Positions 1-11,300 of a stretch of DNA of 64,000 nucleotides are shown here, piece by piece. This DNA is from Ophelia neglecta (taxonomy: Eukaryota): NCBI GenBank assembly GCA_965285935.1, contig OZ260664.1:65844001-65908000 (forward strand), written 5' to 3'. The number at the start of each line of letters is the position of its first letter. The stretch's first letter is position 1. The translations under genes were made by a program, and so were the position numbers. The notes beneath the pieces were generated by a model, which was not told the DNA's origin, searched no databases, and was given only the letters and a program-made list of their open reading frames with translations.

Positions 1-3000
1 TAAGGCTATGCTATAGGACATTCTTAACTCCTGGTCTCTTCTGGTGCTGCCCTCTTCCTGTCTGTCCTGTAACTGAGCTGTGACAAGCTGCCAAGTACAT
101 TCAATGGCTGTAGATAATCGGTGCAGAAGTCTGTAAGCATAAAACGCTGGTTGTTATAACCATTGTGACTTAAAAGTGATTTGCATCAATACAATAGGTA
201 TAGAAAAATGCTTGTTAAATGAGACTTCTGGTTTTGGGAAATATATTATTTTATTTTACACACTGTTTTGCCAATATGATCTTCTTTCTATGAAGAAGGT
301 GGGGCAAAGAAATAAAATAGGACTTTAAAAGCCACTAGGTCACTAGTAATTCATTGTAAATTTTTTTTCAGTAAACTCCCTTTGGCCAAATGAACAAAAG
401 TATTTCAGGAACTTTTCAGGGAATCATGATGACATTGTTATGTGCTTCTGATTTAATGCGTTACTGGTACCATTCTTTAAAAGAAAGAAGGTATTAAGTT
501 GAGTTTTAAAACAACTCTGAATTTTTTCAAAGATACAGGTATCTTGGTATGGTATAACCATTAACTTGCTTGTAACTACTTGCATGTAATAAGGCAATAA
601 AATATGTTTAAACTAAAAAAAAAATTAACAGGCAAGTCATTCAATTAAAGACTGTGGTTTGAAGAGGGTATGGCATCATAAGAACACCACTTATCAGCAT
701 CTATAGATAATGCCTATCCAATACATGCACATGTAGATGTTTAGGATAGGCAGTTTCTATAGACGGGTTAATTTACATGTATATGTACATGTATATATAC
801 ATGAAGATGTATTGGTAACCCAGTATGCAAATAAATTAAATTTTCACTAAGGCCCAAAGCAACCGAGTCATGCATACAGCTGACATTGTATTGAGTGGCC
901 ACTAAAGCCAACAGGCTCCAACAACACAACTAACATTTACTAAGTGACAAGAAAAGATGAACTTATAGGTACAGGTTCAGTGAAGGCAAAGGCCATGGGT
1001 GCAATGGGTGAATGAATGAAAGGCAGAGAAATACCTTGCATTCACACTATATAGGCAATGAATAAAAGTGGCTACACTATATCATTTCAAAGTGCTTTTT
1101 CCAATCAAACAAAAACACTGTGCATGGTGACTGCCCTTCACCTGAACCAAGCTGCGGAAAGGAATTTACAATGCAGGTATGGCACACATGAGAGAGTTTG
1201 TGTCCACATGGCATATATGTACATGTATTTCAGCTTCATTTTTCTCTCTGGCATACAAGGAAAATAAGTCTGGTGTTGATTTATATGTAGCTCAAACTAA
1301 ACCATTGTAAGGACTGCTACTGTCTACAAAAAGTATAGGGTAGGAAGTCCTTATAGAGGTACATGAATCTGAAACTCTTGAAAAGGTAGCAAAATCACAC
1401 AACATGGCATCAACATTGTACTCATGCAAGTACTTAGTGGATGTGGAAATGAACTACAAGGATATGACATTTAATATGAATATTCTATTAATTTAACCTG
1501 CAAAAAGATTTATGGCTGGAACTTAAGCAACAGAAGAGATCTTGTTGTTTATCTGACTTGTGAAAACATTAGGGACGAACTAATTTGGAATATGTGGCAG
1601 CAGAAAAGCATTCAAACAAGACGGGCCAAGATATGTACATCACTCAATAGGCCAATACATTAATAGGATTCAATATTATGAGCTTGGTTGAAAATACAAG
1701 CATCATTATGGGAAAGGAGAAGAGTTCTGCGGCCTTGGTAGTGCGAGTATAATATGAGGACAATGAATTCGTTTGTTATCATCCTACTGTCTACCTGGGC
1801 CGGTGCTGCCCTCTTTTCAGGACTGGTCCTGCTTGTGGTGTTGTGTTGCTGGCGTTATAAAGATCGATCACAGGTTGATGGGGAGGCCAAATTTGTTTTG
1901 CCAGAAGACACCCAACAGCTGATTGACAGGAACAGTTTCTTAACAGAGCAAGTCCAGCCTGAATTGACTGCTCAGGGACAGGAGAAAGCCCCCTCCTACA
2001 CAGATTTGAGCTTGTCATCAACCTACTCGAAGGAAGGTCAAGGAGGGGAAGAAAAATCAGAATTACCATTTATGCCCCTAACTCCATTAAGCACCAAACT
2101 CTCTGCCACTGGGGAAAAAGGCAGCCAGATGTCTTTGGACAAGGAGACTGGTTCTCCCCTAGGTCAAATACAGATTAATATTAGATTTGTAATGCCTAAG
2201 AAGATTTTGAAAGTTAAGATACTTGATGCTACCAATCTACCTAGAAAAGGTCCAATTGGCACCAGTAACCCCTATGTTACTGTTTGCCTGATTCCAGGCA
2301 AAACAAAGGTGAAAACCACTATTAAAACCAATGATGTTAATCCAATGTGGAATGAGAAGTTCACTTTCAAAGGAATATCTTATGAAAAGTTACTTTCTAG
2401 AAGTATGCATCTGCAGGTATATGATCACAACAACTATGGCGATGATGGTCATATTGGGGAAGTGCGTCTTCCTCTTTCTCAGGTTGGCATCTCTAAACTT
2501 GCTCAGGGAGTGGGGCTGTGGAAAAATCTGCACAGATTTCTCACAGATAAATCAAACTGCGGTGAATTGCTTGTGTCTCTCAGATATCAGCGAACAACAG
2601 AGAAAATACAACTTTTCCTAATCAAAGGTAAAGACTTTCAGGGATATCAGGGCAGTCTTCCGGATGTTTACATTAAAGTTCTACTGACTTACCGAGGCAA
2701 AAACATTGAGGAGAAAAAATCTCAGGAAAATAAAAAGTCTCCAAATCCTGTGTTTAATGAGACATTTATGTTTAGTGTGCCTCGTTTAAAGCTAGAAGAC
2801 ACTGCCATAAAATTGACTATCAAAGACAATTGCCAGAAAGGAATAAAGAAATTGATAGGAAAAGTTGAGTTGGGGGCGTATTCAGGCAATATTGGAGTAC
2901 AACACTGGAATGCTATGTGTACTAAACCCAACCTGCCAATTGCTCAGTGGCACGAATTGATAAAACCAGTGGAGGAGAAAAATTTACTCTTAGAAACATA

Positions 3001-6000
3001 GCCTTCATAGTCATAATAGATTATTAATATAAGGCAATAAGCCTGTTATGCAAGATAGCCAAACAGAGAAATCATTTTTTGACTTTTCAACTGAAGTCTT
3101 TTAGTCTGAAGGCAAGGGCAGTTGTAGGGCAAAAGACTGAAAAAGACATGGCTGGTACCGAAAAAACAGGAGTTAAGTTTAAATTAAACGGGACAACTAT
3201 CATTGGCCTGATTACATTTTGTGACAGATGTAATAGAATGTTTAAGTAAAAATGGTGACTTAACTAATGATTACTGTTATTGGTAAGACTGCATGCAGGT
3301 AATAATAAATTAATAATCCACGTCATGGAAGACACATGATGTGACTCAATCAGCTTTGTGCTAACCGTTAGGACTTTTTGCTAGCTTATATACCCATGCA
3401 CGAAGAAAGGCATTAAATACTACCAAAAAATGTATAGTGCTAGACCAATAAATACACCCATATTAAGGATTACTTTTGTCATTATTGACCAAAATACAGT
3501 GTCAATACATGGTTTAAGAATGAAATCATGTGAGAGCTCCATGAAATCAACATTAACCTCAGTCTGCAAGTTATGTTAGTCATCTTTCTGGCTAGAATTC
3601 TAGGTCAATCACCTACCAGGAAAATTGGGAGAACCATTTTAGTTTGAGTAAGGGTATACATATCTAGCCAGGAGTGGCCCCTCAGACTGGCTGACTGCAT
3701 GCCTATCACATTGTATACTAAGTGAGAAAGTGTTCTCGGCTCCAGGGGCATTCATTAACAAAGTCCTCCAGAGCTATGTACTGTTGGCCTTTTATTATGA
3801 ATAAGCTTGAGCCTCAAACAAAGTACTGGACACTAAACTACTGTCAATACAGAATTACACCTGATTTTCACCTTCCCTGTTAAGCATCTTGGTGCCAATT
3901 ATTCCTAATTGTGCTTCAGTGCTGAACAATAAGAATAAATATGATTTTTACTCTCACAAACTTTAAGTGTTAATAATTTTGTGGGTGTTAAGTTATCCTC
4001 AAGAGGCTATTGTGAACTGGGGTGGGCTACATCATCAGTTACTGTACATGTCATTAAATTTCATATATTTTATGATCTGAGATCATTTTCTAAAACAAAC
4101 TTGTTTGAAAAATAAAAATAAAAACTTAATAATTATTATCTTTAATATTAAAAACTTCTTTCTTAGAATACTTATTTGCGAAAAAACATCAATAATGTGC
4201 TTCTACATGAGTCACTTTTTAAAAGGTTTGCCGCATCTTTGCGATTTAAAAGCATGTATAGCATTCATCTTTCCACTTTTTTCTTAATTTTTTTCATTTT
4301 TGATACTTTGCAAAATATTGACCTTGTCCCAGGTCGTTTCATTTATTTTTACCCATGTAGAGACACATTCACTCCGCTAAAGCTTAAACTTTCTTTTTTC
4401 TTGCATTCAGTCAATGGCTGGAACATCACCAGAAAGGTGGGGGCAGAGTACATTTAATTTACAATATCAAATCAATCACTTATACACAATCTTGATCTAC
4501 CCTGGCCAGTCAGGGCATGCAGCAGCCTACACACAGGATTCATTCATGAGGTTTGTTTTAAATTAAAATTATTTCGGTATGTCATAGACCGAACATTTTT
4601 GCATAGTACAACTGCACCCTAGTTATGCCTCCCCAAACCTTACAGTTCTACAAGCTACTAGAAACAGGGGGAATTCAACATCCGAGTAACCACTGGAGAC
4701 AGCTCGATGTCCTGGCAAGTTAGCAAATAAAAAACTGTTAATCGGAAGTAACATCCAACCAACTTTTATTCAATATGATCAATCAGAACTAAATAACAAC
4801 TATTAATGTTTTACCTGCTTTTCCACACACATATTCGATCCAGAGCATGGCTCTGCAGGAGCTGGTCCCCACTGTACAATTCATGATAGACCGCTTCCCA
4901 TTCTTGTCTGAAATATATATCAGATGGTTTCATAACCAGAAGGCAAGGAAATGGATGTTGCCTTTAATGAATTAAGAATACATAGTGTCTCCCAATAACC
5001 ACTACTAACTTCCTTTTCCATAAAGGGTTGGCACTAAGTTATTAATATGGCCAGCCTGGCTTGTATTGGGATTAGTAGTTTGAAGTAGTTAGGTTTTCTC
5101 TAAAACTCACTACTCAATAGAAAAAAAGTAGTATGGTAAGGAAACTAGGCAAACTGATGTATTTTAAAGGCCAATTGGGTATTCCATAAGCCAGTATTAT
5201 AACTACATGTAGGTTACGAAACCAGGATCGATAATAAGTTACCAATAACTCCTTTTTTCAGCAGCTATATCCACTTGCCTGGCAAGCAATGCAAAAAAGA
5301 AAACTATACATAAAGCACCTTAACTTTAATAACTTCAAAAGAAATGACAAGTAATTATGATAATAGAGATTTGTTAAGTTATTTAAAAGAGATAGGGTTA
5401 GTTCATCATCTTTCCAAATTTTAGTTGTTTGTCAATTTTCCCATTTTCGAAACAGTTATGTGATACACTGAAGGCGTAATACTTACAAGACTTTATCAGG
5501 GGTAGGGATGTTGAAAACAATAATTAATTAACTATAGCACCATTCATTTTCACAGCATTATTTGATGCTCAATGTGATTTCAGGCATGCATGTACGGTAA
5601 TCATCCCCGACCCTGAACGCACACACGGGTTTGTACCAGCAAGTTAAATTAATATTTATAAGGTAGGCTTAGCTCATGTATAATATATATGTAGCTATTG
5701 CAGACGACTACACCACACAGCTACAGCAGACGACTACCAATTTAATATTATAATATAATGTTACATTGTTATATTTTAATGTTATATTGGTAGTCATCTG
5801 CAAAAGCTATATATATTAAAGAGCTACCTTGTAAATATTTTTTTAACTTGCCGATGCGAACCCCTGTGTGCACGCAAATGAAGGTATATTGTGAATGTGA
5901 ACTTTGACCATTATCGCCCCCAACAGCTTACAAACAGCTTAAATGAGACCTGACCGTATGATTATATTCTATTTGGAGTTAAACAATACGTTGAAATGAT

Positions 6001-6108
6001 AGTTGAATATCGACTGCGACGTGGTGTCTTAACCGATGACACCTTCAAATTTGATAAAAATACCCACTTATTGTACCAACCCACTACACGTTTCGCTGGT
6101 GTTGACAT
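1..6108 (-). CDS. LAS1L: LAS1-like ribosome biogenesis endoribonuclease (ITS2 processing), 5' portion; continues beyond the left edge
   Basis: Three phase-compatible GT-AG exons on the minus strand: 6108-6068, 4907-4815 and 130-<1. They join to MSTPAKRVVGWYNKQEWEAVYHELYSGDQLLQSHALDRICVWKSRLLHRLSTAIECTWQLVTAQLQD...ELRMSYSIAL. This matches the Las1 N-terminal pattern (VVxW..xEW..V...L...ALxRIxVWxSR...ST...ELR..Y..AL). Not in the ORF track because the exons are short. Confidence 0.9.
974..1148. repeat. Short imperfect inverted repeat, possibly a degenerate MITE
   Basis: GGTTCAGTGAAGGCA at ~974 pairs with TGCCCTTCACCTGAACC ending at ~1148. Confidence 0.35.
1754..3001 (+). CDS. Synaptotagmin-like protein (N-terminal TM plus tandem C2A/C2B domains), single coding exon
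   Basis: Uninterrupted 415-aa ORF. Hydrophobic TM segment ending in CCWRY, a linker, C2A (LGQIQ...GTSNPYV...NPMWNEKFTF...VYD), C2B (GELLVSLRY...PDVYIKV...NPVFNETFMF) and C-terminal HW..M...P..PIAQWHEL typical of synaptotagmins. Paralogue identity not assignable. Confidence 0.92.
   Translation: MRTMNSFVIILLSTWAGAALFSGLVLLVVLCCWRYKDRSQVDGEAKFVLPEDTQQLIDRNSFLTEQVQPELTAQGQEKAPSYTDLSLSSTYSKEGQGGEEKSELPFMPLTPLSTKLSATGEKGSQMSLDKETGSPLGQIQINIRFVMPKKILKVKILDATNLPRKGPIGTSNPYVTVCLIPGKTKVKTTIKTNDVNPMWNEKFTFKGISYEKLLSRSMHLQVYDHNNYGDDGHIGEVRLPLSQVGISKLAQGVGLWKNLHRFLTDKSNCGELLVSLRYQRTTEKIQLFLIKGKDFQGYQGSLPDVYIKVLLTYRGKNIEEKKSQENKKSPNPVFNETFMFSVPRLKLEDTAIKLTIKDNCQKGIKKLIGKVELGAYSGNIGVQHWNAMCTKPNLPIAQWHELIKPVEEKNLLLET
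5618..5874. repeat. Long imperfect foldback (palindromic) element in LAS1L intron 1
   Basis: Left arm CGCACACACGGGTTTGTACCAGCAAGTTAAATTAATATTTATAAGGTAG...GCAGACGACTACCAAT mirrors the right arm ATTGGTAGTCATCTGC...CTACCTTGTAAATATTTTTTTAACTTGCCGATGCGAACCCCTGTGTGCACG. Confidence 0.7.
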
Positions 6109-6308
6109 CTTCTTTCTCGCAGGTAGATGTCACCACCTTCATGCACATGAACTGCGAGTAGTTGCCGGAGACAGGAGATTCTGGACATGACAAGTCGAAA
6201 TAATAATTCGACGTGATAAAGAAAACCTGGGGAACAACCTGTTCTAAAAGCTACCAATGCCCATGAAATTCTTCAACGTTAAAATTACCACATTGCGCAG
6301 AGACTACG

Positions 6309-6313
6309 AAAAA
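6309..6313 (-). terminator. RNA polymerase III terminator (TTTTT) of tRNA-Glu
   Basis: AAAAA on the plus strand, 5 nt past the tRNA 3' end. Confidence 0.7.
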
Positions 6314-6318
6314 TGAAT

Positions 6319-6390
6319 CTCCCAGACGGGGAATCGAACCCCGGCCACGGCGGTGAGAGCGCCGGATCCTAACCACTAGACCATCTGGGA
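6319..6390 (-). tRNA. tRNA-Glu, anticodon CTC
   Basis: Minus strand reads TCCCAGATGGTCTAGTGGTTAGGATCCGGCGCTCTCACCGCCGTGGCCGGGGTTCGATTCCCCGTCTGGGAG. Paired acceptor stem, A box, CTC anticodon loop, GTTCGA T-loop, 72 nt, followed by a T5 run. Confidence 0.97.
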
Positions 6391-8269
6391 AGCGGTACTA
6401 GGTCCGGTCTAAAAGCCAACTAAAGCGCTAAAATAGATCTCGTAACAATTGGGGGTGGGGATGGGGGGATTTAAAGGTTACTGTTACCTGCGGTCGCTAC
6501 AAACAGTCACTGCGCTTTATCCACTGCAGGTAAAACGCGTTACCGTCATTAAATAGGTTTTACCAAAAGCGGTTATTTCCGGCGCTAAACTTAACAAATT
6601 ACAAAACATATGAATCATACAAATGGATGTTTAATGTATATAAATCCCTATATAAAGCTGTATCTTATTGTTGATCTTTAAGAGCTGAATGAAAGAAGTC
6701 AAAGAATGAATGTGAAACTGTCAGATATAGTCGCTACAGTAGGCCTGTATCGTACAGAGCTCCACAAGTTTCTCTTTTAGATGCCTAGCTAGTTCTGTTC
6801 CCAATTAGCTGTATTAGCATAATTTTTATACGGTGGCTCATTCGATTGTTTCAAATCAAGTGGAATATCGCCGTGGCAATGCTGTACTTACATACCATTA
6901 AAGAACAGTTTCTATTAAGTGATGGCTTATTTTTTTGCAAAGCATTTCTTTCTTTCTTTTTTCTTTCTTACTTTCTTGCTTTCCCTTTCCCTTTTCCCTT
7001 TCCTTGTAGCCTCTTAGTCTGAGTCGGTAGCAGACCGTACACCATGTGAGCAGGGTAATATTCTTTCTCCCCATTTTCACCATTGCCGGGAAGAAATGAA
7101 ATTCTTACATACATATACATATACATTTGCATATTTCATATGTATACGAATATAGGAATTTAATTTCTTTTTATCGCAATTTATTTTGAAATGAAATAAA
7201 AATTGTGAACTAAAGAATGTGCACAAATTTAAAGTTCATTTTATTTCAAGTGAACAGTGAAAATGGAACTTTAACTTCACGTGAACTGTGATTAAAGTGG
7301 TGATTTAGATTACCTAGCTATCCCTGTGTAAATTTGGCAAGGTGTAATGCATAGAGATCTGGCCACGAATTAACAATACGTTTTTTATAACATGATATTT
7401 TTGCCACATAGTGTTACGTTGAAATGTGTTACATATTGGGTTCCAGTCAAAATGCGAATGTTAACACATTTAAACAAACGCAATATTCCTGGTCACCGGC
7501 GGTACAAAAGTGACTTAATTAAGGTTTTTACCCGCCATATATATGCTCACCATTTTGTCATATGTTGAAATACATGCATGGAAACTGGAACAACCAAACC
7601 AAGTTTAGTGGTTCCAGATGGAAACAAGCTGAAAGAATATAATTCAAGGCGTGACCAGTTTATCACGGTAACTTCGATCACCGTGTTTCTGATCACATAT
7701 AGGCCTATACCAGGAGCATATCCAGCAGTGTGCAATATTTAATTTTATTTTGTATCGTGTAGCAAATCCCGGGAGCAAATCATTGTTGCATATTTCCATC
7801 ATTCAGCCACAGAGTAACAATCTGATTTGAACAGCTATTTAAAAGGCCGTGGAGTTGTTGTATGATCTGATGATAGCGTCATAATAACGTTAGTGTATTT
7901 CATTTTAAAATGTATCCTATATAACTTAACATTTTTGCCCCAAAGTATCAAAGGTAAGCGCGAAGGCCTACTATCGCTGTGTGCGCTTACCTCTCCAAGG
8001 TCTGTGTTTGTTCATGGGGGGGGGGGGGGTCAAAAGTTTTGGTAAGCATAGTCGGGGGGGGGGGGGGGATCATTAATTAAAAAGTTTGCCCCCCCCCCCC
8101 CCCCCCACTTAAAGATGATCACTCCATTAGCAAAACTGATTGATTATTTCTTTATTAGCGCAACATATGCTTCGATTCGGATTATAATATCGGTCACTGA
8201 CTGTTTGTGCAGTATTGAATTTTGTAAAGTTACCACGCGAAGCAGGAGATTTGAAGCCACGCCTTTCAT

Positions 8270-8310
8270 CCAATCAGCGGTGTCGTAAATCTATATATAG
8301 CCTATATATG
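8270..8310 (+). promoter_or_regulatory. Putative SEL1L3 core promoter (CCAAT box plus TATA-like)
   Basis: CCAATCAG at ~8270 and CTATATATAG at ~8291, about 60-80 nt upstream of the ATG at 8352, in a CpG-containing stretch. Confidence 0.4.
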
Positions 8311-8351
8311 CATGAGTGAATTTCTGGGTGAGTAATGCCAGTAAAAACAAC

Positions 8352-11300
8352 ATGGCAAGCGAGTGGGAAGCAAGCGGCATACACGTTCTGTGGATTTTCT
8401 TGTTGTTAGGAAATATAATGGTAGGTTTGGTGTTGATTGTCAACTATAATATTATTGCTGTTCCTGCATATTACACTACAGTGCTAAGAACGAGAGGTCA
8501 TTCAGTTTATTGTTATATTGAAGTATATTTTGTAGCCCCCGTTTCATGCATCGTCTCATATTAAAGTATAGTTCCTTCTGCCTAGCACTCCGCATGAGTA
8601 AATTCCCAGTAAACACTGTTTGGAAACGGATAAGCGTGACATATTTTCAGTTCATTTTTAAAAGCGTGACTCAGGTAACGTTTATTTTTTAAGAAAACAT
8701 GACACACATTAGCCCACATTTATGCTTGATCATAGTGCAAAAGTGCCGCAAATTACCCTCCTTTGGTTGCATATTTACTATTTTCTGTATATATATGTAC
8801 TGTCATAGGTAAGTATCGAACAACAAGCAGACAATGTCATATCAACTGAGGACTTTTTGTTATTCTGAGAATAATTGGATGCCAGTCACCTAAAACTAAC
8901 CATATATACTGCCCTCATTACACTATACAGTGGTCCCTGTTTTGTAGGGCCCCTCCGATGAAGGGCCACCTGCGATGGCAGGACAGTTTTTGAATTCCCT
9001 GTTCTCTCTTTTCCATGCTAAAGTACCTCCGATGAAGGGCCACCAGAAATGTAGGGCCACTTTTCCTGGGATTGAGGGGTGGCCCTACATCGCAGGGACC
9101 ACTGTAATCTGATAATACATGAGTTGAGATCTCTGTAACAGGAAAATACCAAATTAGTTACAATTATTTTGGCTTGAATAGAAGGCCATAGACAGGGAAC
9201 CCAATTGAGATCAACCTTGAAATGAAGCTTAAACTTTAACTCACTATAAACATATACAAGGAAAGTATATTGTAATCTGATAGGCTGTTGTTTGGGGGTA
9301 TTTCGTGGCTTTTAACACTTATATTATCACATAACCATGGTGCCTACTTATGACTTGTGAGTTGAAAGAAAAAGATGAGCGGCACTTCCATTGTGGCCCA
9401 AATATTCTGACCTTTTTTGTTGGGATAAACATACATATTTGCTTTTTTTTTTTGGCTCTGTAAATAGGGGCATACAGATTTAAGGACTGTCTTAGTCTGC
9501 TAAGGAACATCATGAACACATGACAATATTGGGTCACATTTAAGGTCAATAACAGAAATTTATTTCATCTGCAAGATGAATTTGGATCTATGATAGTTCA
9601 TTTGTTTGATGAAAATTGAACTTTATCACTGCCTTTGGCAGGTTGTACATTTCTAAACGTATTTAGTTTCTTTGCCATGGTACTAAAAGCTACATGACAT
9701 ACTGTATATAAATATTCAGTTAGAAAGTCCTTAAATTTTGTATTCAGTTTCTGTGGGAATCCAATAACACTTGCCATATGGTTGGACAGTTATTGTTCAG
9801 TGAAAGTCTGTTTGAAATTGATTAATTCTAAATAAAGAAAGCACATGCTATGTTGATTGAATAGGCCTTAATTCCAAATCAATCTTAAACATCTGCTGTT
9901 TTTAATGTGCCTGATGCAAAGTAAGTCTACCTAATAGATATCTATGTCACATGTTGTCTTTCAGCTTGATCTTTTATATTTAAATTTTGATATGAAATAA
10001 ACTAAAATCAGTTTATAAAATATCAACATATGATTTAGTGATTAAGACAATTTTTAGTTAATTGTGAATTTGTTTTCGAATGCAAGTGTTATAGTGTTAT
10101 ACATGTAGTGGGATATACAGTAACATGAAGTTGATAAACTTAGCACAACATCTATAGCCTGGGACAAGGCCGGTTTTATGCAGATAAAAACCTTATAAAG
10201 TAGGAATCTATGTACTGAGAGTCAAGTCCAAGCCTAACTTACACTGAAATTATAAATGGTTTAAAACAGAGTGGAGTATAACTACAGTGTTACAGAAAAA
10301 TCATGTGCTAAAGAGAGGTGTATTGACTGACATATTTACTTATGAAGGTTTCCATTAGTACTTCTGCTATAGCAGGATGTCTCACTTTTGTCCTGTACAT
10401 ATTACCCAGATGTCTGTCCTTTAGAAAGTCGTAGTAGAAATCCAATATCTTTAATATACTGCTGTAATAAGTATCCCAGCTGTTGTAGAGTCGTTAGAAG
10501 GAAATTCCGGTCTAACACGATTGTAACTATTACACCTTAATCATGTTTAAGAGGGCAGTTCTCTTAATATTTATCACCCCATATTATTAATATTTATTCA
10601 TCAGCAAGTACAATACAGTTTACAGTAATAGGTTAACATTACAAAAACGTAAAAGCCATTCAAAACTATTGAAAATCAACGTATGAGGATCAAACTATAT
10701 TTTAGAAAAGGCAGGGCCATGCCTATTAGGTAAAAGCCTCTTAATCATTGCCGCCAAGGCATACAAATTACTGTATACCTCCTCTGTAGACATACCAAAC
10801 TGTCTGCTTTAGATTATCTTAGCCCACATGATACAGGTCAAGGACATTATACCTTCCATGATTGATGATAATTAATGATTGGCTATTGTTACTGGTCAGT
10901 TATTTACAAACAGTAAAGCATGTCCACTCTCTGTGTATACTCCACAGTTAGATGAATGTTTAATAAAACTTAATGCCATTAAAATACTGCAAACAATTGT
11001 TTCAATGTACTAGTGAATATCCATATGGTAAAATAACTAGGGTTTGTATAGCCATGATTACTGCTCTTCACGAGTACAGTGATGGGTTTGATAAATAAAC
11101 ACTTTTGTACATGCACTAAATAATGTAATATGATAACTTTATTTTATTATATCATCTTTTAGGTCCCTGTCTCAGAAGGAACTGCACATGTCCTATCGAC
11201 AGTAATAAATGAAAACAGTGCCATGGACTTTGTGAGGTTCGTGCAGCCTCCATCTAAGCTTGCACCTAAATTTTATCTGACAGTGGAATACAGTTGTAGC

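Noticed and set aside
3861-3921. Cryptic minus-strand exon in LAS1L intron 2
   Set aside because: AG/GT borders are present, but the 61-nt segment would shift the frame, has no Las1 similarity, and exons 2 and 3 join correctly without it.
8232-8285. CCACG and CCAAT near the SEL1L3 start as an ER-stress element
   Set aside because: Order and spacing do not fit ERSE (CCAAT-N9-CCACG) or ERSE-II (ATTGG-N-CCACG).
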